A DNA stretch of 32,000 nt from an uncultured bacterium (GTDB lineage Bacteria > GCA-001730085). Shown one piece after another: positions 16,426 through 25,819 of this stretch. Position numbers and translations under genes: made by a program. The notes below the pieces were generated by a model. The model saw nothing but the letters and a program-made list of their open reading frames with translations. It was not told where the DNA came from and ran no database searches. Numbering within the stretch: the stretch's first letter is position 1; every line of letters begins with the position of its first letter. The stretch spans positions 18,886-50,885 of the forward strand of contig CAZMGY010000005.1 of assembly GCA_964565945.1 (NCBI GenBank), in the 5' to 3' direction.

Positions 16426-17964
16426 ATGGCTAACGATAAACGAATCGTGGTCAACGTTGAATGCAATGAAGTTCGCGTGGCCTTGTTGGAGCGAAACCAG
16501 CTTAAAGAATTTTCTGTTGAGCGCAAAGAAGAGACGCGCTACGTTGGCAATATTTATAAAGGACGTGTGGACTCTGTTGTTCCAGGGATTCAATCGGCCT
16601 TTGTTGATATTGGCTTAGAAAAAAATGGCTTTTTGTATGTGACCGATGTGGTGGCGCCTCATGAAGAGGAGGAGCTGTCGGACGACGATGAGTTTGATTT
16701 TGAAGCGTTCAAAAAGAGCCGTAAAGTTCAGTTGCCGATTGAGCAAATGCTGGCGGAAGGTGATGAAGTTTTGGTCCAAGTGGAGAAAGACCCTATTGGA
16801 ACTAAAGGTGTTCGCTTGACCACTTATGTGAGTTTACCAGGGCGGTTCACTGTTTTAATGCCCAATGTAAGGCATCGAGGTGTATCTAGGCGTATTTCGA
16901 GTTGTGAAGAACGTTCGCGTTTGCGTGAGATTATGAACAATGCACGCTTTTTAAAGCACTATGGTTGCATTATTCGGACAGCCGCCGATGGACGCGATAA
17001 AAACCAGGTTTTGGGAGATTTTCGTTATTTGACCAAAACATGGAACTCTGTTTTAAGAGGTTTGAGTAAGCGCGATGTTCCTGCTTTGCTCCATGAGGAG
17101 AGTAGCTTGATTGTGCGGACGGTACGTGATTGTTTTGTGGAAGATGTCGATGAGTTTGTCATCGACAACAAAGATGAATATAAAAAAATACGCTCTTTTT
17201 TGGGGTCGTATATGCCAGAAGCGCGCAAAAAGGTTTTGCAATATTGCAACGACGAACCCATTTTTGAGTTCTATGATATTGAGTGCCAGGTGAAAAAGAT
17301 ATACTCGAGAACGGTGTCCTTGCCTTGTGGAGGTTATCTTGTTGTTGATGAAACCGAAGCATTGGTTGCGATCGATATTAACAGTGGTCGCAATGTGGGG
17401 CGAGGTGACTTTGAAAAAACAGTATTTAAGACCAATATGGAATCAGCTGTCGAAATCCCGCGGCAGTTGCGTTTAAGAGATATTGGGGGCATTGTAATTA
17501 TCGACTTTATCGATATGAAAAGTCGTAAAAATCAGCAGGAGGTTTGGTCAACCCTTTGGCGCGAAGTGCGCAAAGAAAAAAGTCGAATTAATATCTCTCC
17601 TATTTCGAAAATGGGCTTGGTCGAAATGACTCGCCAGCGAAGTGGGAGTGGAGTGAACTCCATGTTGCACGAGTCGTGTCACTTTTGTGATGGCCGTGGT
17701 TATGTGAAAACAGTGGTGAGCAGTTCTTTGGATGTGATTCGTAATATTCGAATCGTATTCTTGCGAACGGACGAACCCCATGTGGTTGTTGCTCTTAATC
17801 CTGAAGTAGCCGACAGTTTGTTGTCTGGCTACAGGGATTACATTATGGAAATTGAAAAGAAGTTCAAAAAGCGCATCGACATTCGTAAAGAGTGGGATTA
17901 TAAACGTGAAGAATGCCACTTCTTTTCTGGAACAACAAAGAAAAAAATAGAGCTTTGGTCTTAA
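16426..17964 (+). CDS. rng: Ribonuclease G (RNase E/G family)
   Basis: 512 aa. It has an N-terminal S1 domain (GNIYKGRVDSVVPGIQSAFVDIGLEKNGFLYV) and a catalytic region (ALVAIDINSG, GGIVIIDFIDM). Its size matches RNase G rather than RNase E. Confidence 0.92.
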   Translation: MANDKRIVVNVECNEVRVALLERNQLKEFSVERKEETRYVGNIYKGRVDSVVPGIQSAFVDIGLEKNGFLYVTDVVAPHEEEELSDDDEFDFEAFKKSRKVQLPIEQMLAEGDEVLVQVEKDPIGTKGVRLTTYVSLPGRFTVLMPNVRHRGVSRRISSCEERSRLREIMNNARFLKHYGCIIRTAADGRDKNQVLGDFRYLTKTWNSVLRGLSKRDVPALLHEESSLIVRTVRDCFVEDVDEFVIDNKDEYKKIRSFLGSYMPEARKKVLQYCNDEPIFEFYDIECQVKKIYSRTVSLPCGGYLVVDETEALVAIDINSGRNVGRGDFEKTVFKTNMESAVEIPRQLRLRDIGGIVIIDFIDMKSRKNQQEVWSTLWREVRKEKSRINISPISKMGLVEMTRQRSGSGVNSMLHESCHFCDGRGYVKTVVSSSLDVIRNIRIVFLRTDEPHVVVALNPEVADSLLSGYRDYIMEIEKKFKKRIDIRKEWDYKREECHFFSGTTKKKIELWS

Positions 17965-18007
17965 AGATCTTTTGGGTCAGCTTTGTTTGTTAGAAGGAGA
18001 AAACCTC

Positions 18008-18319
18008 ATGTACGCAATTGTTAACCATGGTGGTAAGCAACACAAAGTTGCCGAAGGCGAAGTGATTCGCATCGATAAGTTGGGCCTTGAGCAAGGTGCA
18101 ACTGTTGAGTTTGATGAAGTTTTGTATGTAGCTCAAGATGATGCCATTAAAGTGGGAACTCCTCATCTAGAAAATGCTAGGGTGATTGGAGAGGTTATTG
18201 GTGATATGCGTGATAAAAAAGTGATTGCATTTACTTATCGTCGACGCAAAAGTTCTAGCCGCAAAGTCGGTCACCGTCAAACCTACACCTGCGTTAAAAT
18301 CAAAGAAATTAAGCATTAA
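18008..18319 (+). CDS. rplU: 50S ribosomal protein L21
   Basis: 103 aa starting [14 protein letters not shown], with AGGAGA 8 nt upstream. The track ORF start at 17972 is an upstream in-frame extension that I do not accept. Confidence 0.95.
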   Translation: MYAIVNHGGKQHKVAEGEVIRIDKLGLEQGATVEFDEVLYVAQDDAIKVGTPHLENARVIGEVIGDMRDKKVIAFTYRRRKSSSRKVGHRQTYTCVKIKEIKH

Positions 18320-18330
18320 GGAGAACGATT

Positions 18331-18585
18331 ATGGCTCATAAAAAAGGTCAAGGTAGTGTTAAGAATGGTCGCGATAGTCGCAGCCAACGCCTAGGTGTGA
18401 AAAAATATGGTGGTCAAGCGGTGCGTGCTGGGAATATTTTGATTCGTCAACGTGGAACAAGTGTTCATCCAGGACAAAATGTTGGCAAGGGTAAAGACGA
18501 TACTCTTTTTTCCCTTATTGAGGGTGTTGTGCGATTTGAGTATAGTCGTGGCGGCCGTAAAAGTATAAGTGTGTATGCGTCTTAA
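18331..18585 (+). CDS. rpmA: 50S ribosomal protein L27
   Basis: 84 aa: [48 protein letters not shown] is upstream. Confidence 0.97.
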   Translation: MAHKKGQGSVKNGRDSRSQRLGVKKYGGQAVRAGNILIRQRGTSVHPGQNVGKGKDDTLFSLIEGVVRFEYSRGGRKSISVYAS

Positions 18586-18600
18586 GACGCATACACACTT
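18567..18600 (+). terminator. Perfect 34-nt palindrome (17-bp arms) spanning the rpmA stop codon; candidate intrinsic terminator, attenuator or RNA processing site
   Basis: aagtgtgtatgcgtctt (18567-18583) is the exact reverse complement of aagacgcatacacactt (18584-18600). The rpmA TAA (18583-18585) sits at the centre. The downstream sequence ttcttcttt is T-rich but is not a clean U-tract. Confidence 0.45.
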
Positions 18601-18665
18601 AAGTTCTTCTTTATGTCTTGTCTCCACGATGTCTATTTTTTTGCAATGTGGAGAATCTTTTGTTT

Positions 18666-19664
18666 ATGAAATTTGTTGATCAAGCGCTTATTCATGTGAA
18701 ATCAGGCGATGGAGGAGCTGGATGCTGTAGCTTTCGCCGTGAGAAATATGTGGCTAAAGGTGGTCCTAATGGTGGCGATGGTGGACGTGGCGGCCATGTC
18801 ATTTTCGAAGCGGATCAGCATATGTCAACCCTGTTAGATTTTCGATTTAAGCGCGAATACATCGCTCGTTCGGGTTTTCCTGGAGAGGGAAGTCATCGTT
18901 ACGGAAAAGACGCCGAAAACATTTATCTTAAAGTTCCCTTGGGTACCGTGATTTATAACAATGAGACCGAAGAAGTGATCGCCGATATGATGGCTCATGA
19001 TCAAAAGGTGATTGTGGCCCATGGTGGCCACGGTGGACGTGGCAATACCCATTTTAAAACAGCCGTGAATCAAGCCCCTCGCCGATTTGATACGGGTATG
19101 CCTGGCGAATTTTTTCAACTGCGTTTAGAGCTGAAGTTGTTGGCCGATGTAGGTCTTGTTGGCTGCCCCAATGCGGGTAAATCAACTTTGATTAGTCAAT
19201 TTTCGGCGGCTCGTCCCAAAGTGGCTGACTATCCTTTCACAACTCTTAAGCCTGTGCTAGGAGTGGTGGATATGGGCTATGGGGAGTCCTTTGTGATGGC
19301 TGATATCCCTGGCCTTATTGAAGGTGCCCATCAAGGTTCTGGTTTGGGGGATGAGTTTTTGCGCCATGTTGAGCGATGCCAGCTATTGGTGTTTGTCATT
19401 GATGCTTCGGGATTTGACAATGATCCTTGGGCTGATTATCAAATGCTGTTGCAAGAAATGGAAGCTTATAAGGGGTCTTTGGACCAAAAGCCTCGCATAT
19501 GTGTCCTTAATAAAATGGATATCACGTGTAATAAGGATCTTGTGGAGCAGTTTCGTCGTTCGCTTCAAGAGGACGTTATTGTAACGTCTGGTGCGACGGG
19601 TGAGGGGTGCCAAGAATTAAAACAAGCGATGTTGCAAGAGGTAAGGGGGCATTGCGATGAGTAG
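18666..19664 (+). CDS. obg: GTPase Obg/CgtA
   Basis: 332 aa from MKFVDQALIHVKSGDGGAGC. It has the Gly-rich Obg fold (GGPNGGDGGRGG) and G-motifs GCPNAGKST, DIPGLIEGA and NKMD. The track start at 18618 adds 16 non-conserved residues and was rejected. Confidence 0.93.
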   Translation: MKFVDQALIHVKSGDGGAGCCSFRREKYVAKGGPNGGDGGRGGHVIFEADQHMSTLLDFRFKREYIARSGFPGEGSHRYGKDAENIYLKVPLGTVIYNNETEEVIADMMAHDQKVIVAHGGHGGRGNTHFKTAVNQAPRRFDTGMPGEFFQLRLELKLLADVGLVGCPNAGKSTLISQFSAARPKVADYPFTTLKPVLGVVDMGYGESFVMADIPGLIEGAHQGSGLGDEFLRHVERCQLLVFVIDASGFDNDPWADYQMLLQEMEAYKGSLDQKPRICVLNKMDITCNKDLVEQFRRSLQEDVIVTSGATGEGCQELKQAMLQEVRGHCDE

Positions 19665-20775
19665 CAAGTTTAAAGGGCAGGTTCTTCGACGAGTTGTGAT
19701 TAAAATTGGCTCAAGCCTTTTGATCAAGGATGGCGAATTGAATCGAGGCTTGATCCGTTCCTTAGTCAAGCAAATGGTGGGACTTAAAGCTAAAGGTTTA
19801 GAGCTTGCGGTGGTTAGTTCTGGTGCTGTGGGTTATGGAGCTCAGATTTTGGGTCGAGATCGACGACGTTTAAGTTTGCCTGAAAGTCAAGCTGCTGCTG
19901 CTGTGGGGCAAGGTCATTTGATGCATGTGTATGACAACATTTTTCGCAAAAACCAATTGATGACAGCGCAGGTTTTGTTAACTCGGGAAGATTTTAGCCA
20001 GCGGCTAAGGTATCTTAATGCGAGTAATACCTTGAGCACTTTGCTTAAAGAAAATGTGATTCCGATTGTGAATGAAAATGACACCGTAGCGGTGGATGAA
20101 ATATGTTTTGGAGATAATGATACTTTGGCGGCATTGGTGACCAATTTGGTAGGGGCCGATTTGTTGATTGTTTTGACTGAAATTGATGGCTTGTACGATT
20201 ACGAGAGTGGTGAGCGGGTGAAGCATGTTGAAACCATTGATGCTAAAATCACTCGCTTGATTCGTAGCGAAACGAGCTCTTTAGGAACCGGTGGAATGGA
20301 AACCAAAATTGAAGCCGCACGAATGGTGACGCAAGCTGGCGAAAGCATGGTGATTGCCGGTGGGCGGATGCGCAATGTGCTCACGCGCTTATTGGATGGC
20401 GAAGATTTAGGCACTTATTTTGTTCCCCGTGTGCAGAGAATGTCGGGACGTAAACGTTGGATTGCTTTTAGTAGCAAAGCGCGTGGTCAGGTTGAAGTGG
20501 ATGCTGGAGCTGGCGATGCTTTACTCAAACGGGGTCGCAGTTTGTTGGCGTCTGGCGTTGTGTTGGTGACGGCGTCGTTTGGGCCTGGAGACGTTGTTGA
20601 TATCGTTTGTGACAATCAGGTGATTGCACGAGGGTTAAGCAATTTAAGTTCAGAGGATATTGAGGCTGTTAAAGGTTGTAAAACAAGTGAGATGAAGGCT
20701 CGTTTGGGAGCTCATATGTATGAAGAAGTGATTCATCGCAATAATTTGGTTTTGGTTAGAGTGAACAAAGACTAA
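19657..20775 (+). CDS. proB: Glutamate 5-kinase with a C-terminal PUA domain
   Basis: 372 aa. Motifs are VIKIGSSLL, VVSSGAVG, NENDTVAVDEICFGDNDTLAA and GTGGMETKIEAA, and the PUA-like tail has GQVEVDAGA. It overlaps the end of obg by 8 nt. Confidence 0.94.
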   Translation: MSSKFKGQVLRRVVIKIGSSLLIKDGELNRGLIRSLVKQMVGLKAKGLELAVVSSGAVGYGAQILGRDRRRLSLPESQAAAAVGQGHLMHVYDNIFRKNQLMTAQVLLTREDFSQRLRYLNASNTLSTLLKENVIPIVNENDTVAVDEICFGDNDTLAALVTNLVGADLLIVLTEIDGLYDYESGERVKHVETIDAKITRLIRSETSSLGTGGMETKIEAARMVTQAGESMVIAGGRMRNVLTRLLDGEDLGTYFVPRVQRMSGRKRWIAFSSKARGQVEVDAGAGDALLKRGRSLLASGVVLVTASFGPGDVVDIVCDNQVIARGLSNLSSEDIEAVKGCKTSEMKARLGAHMYEEVIHRNNLVLVRVNKD

Positions 20776-20803
20776 TGAGAAAGTATTGAAAAAGGACAAA
20801 CCA

Positions 20804-22063
20804 ATGGCATTTGAAGATGTGATTCAGCAGGCGGCACAAGCCAAAAAAGCGTCACAACAATTGGCTTTGTTAAGTGAAGACGAGAAAAATCGTTTAATTA
20901 CGGCGATGGCCGAGCAATTATTGCAGGATCAAAGCGAGATCATAAAGACCAATCAAAAAGATTTGGATGCTGGAAAGTCCAATGGGTTAAGTGCAGCTCT
21001 TTTGGATCGTCTGATGTTGAACAAAGAGCGGATTCAAGCCATGAGTGATGACCTTAAGGTGATTGTATTTTTGCCAGATCCTGTGGGCGATGTTTTGCGC
21101 ACACGGAAGCCCGATAATGGCTTGTTGATTGAGCAAGTGCGTGTTCCCATTGGAGTTATCGGTATTATTTATGAATCACGTCCCAATGTGACCTCGGATG
21201 TGGCTGGACTCTGCGTAAAGTCGGGCAATGCGGTTATCCTTAAGGGCGGTCGCGAAGCCATAGCTTCGAACCAGGTGATTGTTGATTCTTTGCACAAAGC
21301 TTTGGACGCCTGTGGTCATAGTTGCAATTATGTGCAGTTGGTTAAGCATACCGATCGTGCTGCCGTGGATGTGATGTTGCAACAGGTGAATTTTATTGAT
21401 TTGGTGATACCTCGTGGTGGTCCAGGATTGATTCAGATGGTGGCTGAAAAATCGTTAATTCCTGTTCTTAAACATTATCAGGGGATTTGTCATATTTATG
21501 TCGATGATAGCGCCGAGCAAGACATGGCGCAAGCGATTGCTTTAAATGCTAAGTGCCAACGTCCGGGCGTTTGCAATGCTATGGAAAGTTTGTTGGTGCA
21601 CGAAGATGTGGCGAAAGTGTTTTTGCCTAGCATGGTGAAAGCGTTTCAGGAGCAGGGTGTTGAAGTCCGTGGCTGTGAAAAAACGCAGCAGCTGGCGCAA
21701 TCGGATGCTGTGGTGGTGGCGAAAGAAGAAGACTGGTCCACCGAATATTTGGATTTGATTGTTTCGATCAAAGTGGTTGATGATTGTGCGAGAGCGATTG
21801 ATCATATTAATGGCTACGGGTCAGGACATTCCGATGCGATTGTTACGGAGAGTCAAGAAAACGCACAGTATTTTTTAGCTGCTGTTGATTCGGCGACCGT
21901 TTATCACAATGCTTCGACCCGCTTCACCGATGGTGGAGTTTTTGGAATGGGAGCCGAAATAGGGATTAGCACCGATAAGTTGCATGCGCGGGGGCCTGTC
22001 GGTTTGGAAGAATTGACAACGTATAAATATATAATTCGAGGGACAGGGCAGGTTCGCGTGTGA
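20804..22063 (+). CDS. proA: Gamma-glutamyl phosphate reductase
   Basis: 419 aa from the ATG at 20804 (MAFEDVIQQAAQAKKASQQLA), which aligns with typical ProA N-termini. The track uses an upstream TTG at 20786. Motifs are IYESRPNVT, LKGGREA and the catalytic-Cys region GVCNAMESLLVH. Confidence 0.92.
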   Translation: MAFEDVIQQAAQAKKASQQLALLSEDEKNRLITAMAEQLLQDQSEIIKTNQKDLDAGKSNGLSAALLDRLMLNKERIQAMSDDLKVIVFLPDPVGDVLRTRKPDNGLLIEQVRVPIGVIGIIYESRPNVTSDVAGLCVKSGNAVILKGGREAIASNQVIVDSLHKALDACGHSCNYVQLVKHTDRAAVDVMLQQVNFIDLVIPRGGPGLIQMVAEKSLIPVLKHYQGICHIYVDDSAEQDMAQAIALNAKCQRPGVCNAMESLLVHEDVAKVFLPSMVKAFQEQGVEVRGCEKTQQLAQSDAVVVAKEEDWSTEYLDLIVSIKVVDDCARAIDHINGYGSGHSDAIVTESQENAQYFLAAVDSATVYHNASTRFTDGGVFGMGAEIGISTDKLHARGPVGLEELTTYKYIIRGTGQVRV

Positions 22064-22671
22064 TGGCCGATACAAAGATAGGATTGTTAGGAGGAACGTT
22101 TGATCCGCTTCATCGGGGTCATTTACGCATAGCACAAAAGAGTATGCAAGTGTGTGAATTAGATAGGGTGGTTTTTATTCTTTGCCGGCAGTCGCCTCAT
22201 AAAGAGCAGGGTGCCTTGGCGACTGACGCATTAAGATTCAAGATTCTTCAGCAGTTGATGGAGTTAGATGAAAAGTGGGAGTGTAGCGATTGGGAAATAA
22301 AGCAAGACACTCCTTCGTACAGTGTGGATACGCTAAGATTTTTTAAGGATAGCTGGCCCGATGCCCAGTTGTTTTGGATTATGGGTTGTGATCAGTGGCA
22401 AACCTTTGCCAACTGGAAAGACCCAGATCAAATAGTGGCAATGGCTGATTTGATTATATGTCAGCGTCCCAGTTATGAAATGGATGGTGATTTGCAAAGC
22501 CCCTATCTTGACTGTGTGCATTGGGTGAAAGATGTGAATCAGGATGTGGCGTCCAAGAATTTACGCCAAGATGTGAAACAAGGGCGTTCGATTGAAGATC
22601 AAGTACCCGAACAAGTGATGCGATGGATTAAGGAGAATCAGCTATATGGATACCGTTGCTCTGTTGAATAA
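22063..22671 (+). CDS. nadD: Nicotinate-nucleotide adenylyltransferase
   Basis: About 202 aa. The (T/H)xGH motif appears in GLLGGTFDPLHRGHL. The start is ATG 22063 (or GTG 22060), overlapping the proA TGA. Confidence 0.88.
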   Translation: MADTKIGLLGGTFDPLHRGHLRIAQKSMQVCELDRVVFILCRQSPHKEQGALATDALRFKILQQLMELDEKWECSDWEIKQDTPSYSVDTLRFFKDSWPDAQLFWIMGCDQWQTFANWKDPDQIVAMADLIICQRPSYEMDGDLQSPYLDCVHWVKDVNQDVASKNLRQDVKQGRSIEDQVPEQVMRWIKENQLYGYRCSVE

Positions 22672-23020
22672 GTGTAGCGAAACATTGGATGATATGAAGG
22701 CTAAAAATGTTGTGACCATTGACCTTCAAGGCAAAACGATCGTCTGTGATTATTTTTTAGTGGCCACGGCCAATAACGATCGTCATGCGAGTGCGATTAT
22801 TAATGCTTTGATCGATGAGACACAGTCGATCAAAAGAAAAGCTGTTCACAAAGATGGTGAAGGGCGAAGTGGTTGGATGGTTTTAGACTTTGGGGATGTG
22901 GTTGTGCACATCTTTTTGGATCATGTGCGTCAAAAATACGATTTAGAGTCTTTGTGGGGGGTGGAGTACAGTGACACCCAAGAGACGGAAGTTATCGACG
23001 AGCTAAGGAGTTACTCATGA
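22646..23020 (+). CDS. rsfS: Ribosomal silencing factor RsfS (iojap family)
   Basis: 124 aa. It shows the typical pattern DDMKAKNVVTIDLQGKTIVCDYFLVATANNDRHASAI...GWMVLDFGDVVVHIF and the conserved nadD-rsfS adjacency. It overlaps nadD by 26 nt. Confidence 0.88.
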   Translation: MDTVALLNKCSETLDDMKAKNVVTIDLQGKTIVCDYFLVATANNDRHASAIINALIDETQSIKRKAVHKDGEGRSGWMVLDFGDVVVHIFLDHVRQKYDLESLWGVEYSDTQETEVIDELRSYS

Positions 23021-24684
23021 TAAGAACGCAGATTCAAGCTTTGCTAAATGAGGCCTTAGCTCGAGTTGTGAAAGATTGGGGGATTAATGAGAAGCTTTCG
23101 TGCTTACTCGAGATTCCTCAGGACGAAAGCCATGGTGACTTTGCCACCAATGTGGCGATGACCTCGGCCAAGTTGTTTCGTAAAAGTCCTCGTGACATTG
23201 CCCGGGCTTTGATTGACGCACTTCAAAGTTTGCCCGCTACGTCTGAGTGGATTACCAAAATTGAGTTAGCTGGTCCGGGATTTATTAATGTCACGGTGGC
23301 GCAAAAAGCTTATGTGCACGAGGTGAAACAGGCCTTGCAACTTCAAAGCAATTATGGACGTTCTACGGTGGGGCAAAAGATCAAAGTTCGAGTTGAGTTT
23401 GTGAGTGCTAATCCTACAGGGCCTTTGCATGTGGGACATGGACGCGGTGCAGTGATCGGGGATGTGCTGGCATCGATTTTAGATTTTTTTGGTTACGATG
23501 TGACTCGAGAGTACTATTTGAATGACTGTGGCAACCAAATGAATATTTTGGGAAAAACGGCGCGTGCGTGGACGAAGGCTCTGGCCGAAGGTCAGGAGCC
23601 CGCCTTTTTGCAGGAAGATCCTGGGGATGGATCCTGGTATCGCGGTGATTACATGAAAGATATTGCTCAAAAAATGAGTGTGTCCGAAGATGAAGATGAT
23701 TTTACCTGGGGACGAAGTGCGGGGCAGTTAATTTTAGAAATTATTCAAAAAGATTTGTGTCAGTTTGGTGTTAAGCCTTTTGACCTGTGGTCGAGTGAAA
23801 AAGACTTGCATGATTCGGGTGAGGTGCAAAAGGTGATTGATGTGCTTAAAGAAAAGGGCTTGATTGTTGAGCGCGAAGGAGCACAATGGTTTTTATCGGC
23901 CACTTTGGGGGATGAAAAAGATCGTGTGGTGGTTAAAAGTGATGGGCAGTTAACCTATTTAGCTGCCGATATTGCTTTTCATCATCTTAAGTTTCAAGAA
24001 GGCTATGCTCAAGTGATCGACATTTGGGGGGCGGATCATCATGGCTATGTCGCTCGGGTAAAGGCTGCGATTGAGTCTTTGGAGCATGATCGCGAACAGT
24101 TTTATGTGATTCTGTGTCAGTTGGTTCGCTTGATGCGCTCGGAGGAAGTGGTTCCAATGTCGACGCGGTCGGGTGAATTTATCACTCTGAGACAAATTGT
24201 CGAAGAGGTGGGCAAGGATGTGGCGCGTTATTTCTTTTTGATGCGTAAGGCGGACGCTCATTTGGATTTTGATCTTGATGTGGCTAAGCAACAGTCCATG
24301 GATAATCCAGTGTATTACATTCAATATGCACATGCTCGGATTTGCAGTATTTTGAAGAATTTTGAGGAACAATGCTTGACGGAAGTGCCCTTAAAAGATA
24401 TCGTGTTTGAGGAGCTTAAAGTGCAAGAAGAGCTGACATTAATGAAAATATTGAGCCGTTTTCAAGAAACAATCGAAGCGTGTGCACGAACGAGAGAAGT
24501 ATATTATTTGGCAGCTTATTTAAGAGATTTGGCGGCAGCCTTTCATTCGTTTTATCGTCAATGCCGAGTGATCACCGAAAATCAGGATCAAACTCAGGCA
24601 AGGTTGGCATTAGTGAAGGCGGCTCAGGTTGTTTTGAAAAATGGATTGGATGTTTTGGGGCTTTCGGCTCCATCTCAAATGTGA
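23017..24684 (+). CDS. argS: Arginine--tRNA ligase
   Basis: 555 aa. It has the HIGH region SANPTGPLHVGHGRGA, the degenerate KMSKS region MSTRSG and a C-terminal DALR anticodon-binding domain ending in M. There is an ATGA overlap with rsfS. Confidence 0.95.
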   Translation: MIRTQIQALLNEALARVVKDWGINEKLSCLLEIPQDESHGDFATNVAMTSAKLFRKSPRDIARALIDALQSLPATSEWITKIELAGPGFINVTVAQKAYVHEVKQALQLQSNYGRSTVGQKIKVRVEFVSANPTGPLHVGHGRGAVIGDVLASILDFFGYDVTREYYLNDCGNQMNILGKTARAWTKALAEGQEPAFLQEDPGDGSWYRGDYMKDIAQKMSVSEDEDDFTWGRSAGQLILEIIQKDLCQFGVKPFDLWSSEKDLHDSGEVQKVIDVLKEKGLIVEREGAQWFLSATLGDEKDRVVVKSDGQLTYLAADIAFHHLKFQEGYAQVIDIWGADHHGYVARVKAAIESLEHDREQFYVILCQLVRLMRSEEVVPMSTRSGEFITLRQIVEEVGKDVARYFFLMRKADAHLDFDLDVAKQQSMDNPVYYIQYAHARICSILKNFEEQCLTEVPLKDIVFEELKVQEELTLMKILSRFQETIEACARTREVYYLAAYLRDLAAAFHSFYRQCRVITENQDQTQARLALVKAAQVVLKNGLDVLGLSAPSQM

Positions 24685-25773
24685 TTGAGCAATGAGGAGA
24701 ACAAAGTTGTGGACGTAAACATTATTTGCACTATGGGGCCCGCTTCGGAATATATTAAAATTTTGCGCAAAATGGCCGAAGCAGGAATGAACATTGTACG
24801 TTTGAATTTTTCGCATGGAACCCACAAAGAGCACGCTAAGTTTGTTCGTACGATCGAAGCTTTGCGTGGAGAAGGTTATGATCTAAAAATTTTGTTGGAT
24901 CTAGAGGGGTACCAAATTCGCGTGGGTGATTTGGGCTCCGAGGGTGGGGTTCAGCTCAACGAAGGGATGCGGGTTTATTTGGCACGTAATCCAGAGAGTG
25001 TAAAAACCAAACAATGTGTGATTCCCTTGGAATACGCGAGTTCTTTTTTAGATATCACGGTTGGTGTGGATATCTATATCGATGATGGTCACATTCTTTT
25101 GGAGTGTATTGAGTCCAAAGACGATTATATTCAAGCCAAGGTGACTGTACCGGGCTTTTTAAAGAGCAACAAAGGAGTGAATATTCCCGAAATTAGACTT
25201 AAGTTTGATGTGTTCACTGAAAAAGATCGTCGCGATATTTTGTTTGGGATTGCCCATAATGTAGATTACATTGCTCAATCGTTTGTGCGTAATCGTGCCG
25301 ATGTTGAACTGGTCAAAGAATTTCTTAAAGAGCAATCTTATGAATGTAAGGTAATTGCCAAAATTGAAAACCGTGAAGGTATCGATAACATCGAAGAGAT
25401 TATGTATGTGGCTGATGGGATTATGATTGCGCGTGGCGATATGGGTGTTTCGATTCCTTTGTTCCAAGTGCCTATTATCCAGAAAATCATCACCATGCAC
25501 TGCAATCATGCCAACAAGATGGTAATTACTGCCACCCAAATGTTGGAAAGTATGACGCACAATGCACGGCCGACCCGTGCCGAAGTGACCGATGTTTCGA
25601 ATGCGGTGCTTGATGGGACAAACAGTGTTATGCTTTCTGGCGAGACGGCTGTTGGAGCCAATCCTGTGAATACTGTGAAGATGATGAAGAGCATTATTGA
25701 TTACACACATCAGGAAAAGAAAGCCTTGGACAAGTTAAATCAAACCTTGGCCAAGAAGAAAAAGAGCAAATAA
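24685..25773 (+). CDS. pyk: Pyruvate kinase, short form (A and B domains only; the C-terminal allosteric domain is absent)
   Basis: 362 aa from the TTG at 24685. An alternative GTG at 24709 follows GAGGAG by 9 nt and would give MDVNIICTMGPAS. Motifs are RLNFSHG, AKIENREG, MIARGDMG, ATQMLESM and RPTRAEVTDVSNAVLDGTNSVMLSGETAVG. The protein ends about 30 aa after the last A-domain motif. Confidence 0.88.
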   Translation: MSNEENKVVDVNIICTMGPASEYIKILRKMAEAGMNIVRLNFSHGTHKEHAKFVRTIEALRGEGYDLKILLDLEGYQIRVGDLGSEGGVQLNEGMRVYLARNPESVKTKQCVIPLEYASSFLDITVGVDIYIDDGHILLECIESKDDYIQAKVTVPGFLKSNKGVNIPEIRLKFDVFTEKDRRDILFGIAHNVDYIAQSFVRNRADVELVKEFLKEQSYECKVIAKIENREGIDNIEEIMYVADGIMIARGDMGVSIPLFQVPIIQKIITMHCNHANKMVITATQMLESMTHNARPTRAEVTDVSNAVLDGTNSVMLSGETAVGANPVNTVKMMKSIIDYTHQEKKALDKLNQTLAKKKKSK

Positions 25774-25819
25774 CATTGAAGGTTGGAGTGACCATGAGGC
25801 TTGATATGGGTAGGTCGTT

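Noticed and set aside
16394-16618. 74-aa plus-strand ORF starting in the rng leader and overlapping the rng start in another frame
   Set aside because: It is out of frame with a strongly supported RNase G N-terminus (S1 domain) and has no motifs. It is most likely spurious.
18618-18665. Upstream in-frame extensions offered by the track for obg (start 18618), rplU (17972), the YkgJ protein (8679) and proA (TTG 20786)
   Set aside because: The conserved N-termini ([24 protein letters not shown]...) begin at internal ATGs, and those of rplU and obg have better-placed SD sequences. The ykgJ extension runs through the pilZ coding region.
25159-25710. 183-aa antisense ORF inside pyk. Similar antisense ORFs occur in argS (23959-24372), aroF (2659-3027, 2900-3298), rng (17548-17919), pilZ (8477-8782) and HDOD/comEC (14667-15005).
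   Set aside because: Each is fully embedded opposite a gene with strong family motifs. None has a recognisable motif or SD, and their His/Asn/Arg-rich composition is typical of antisense frames.
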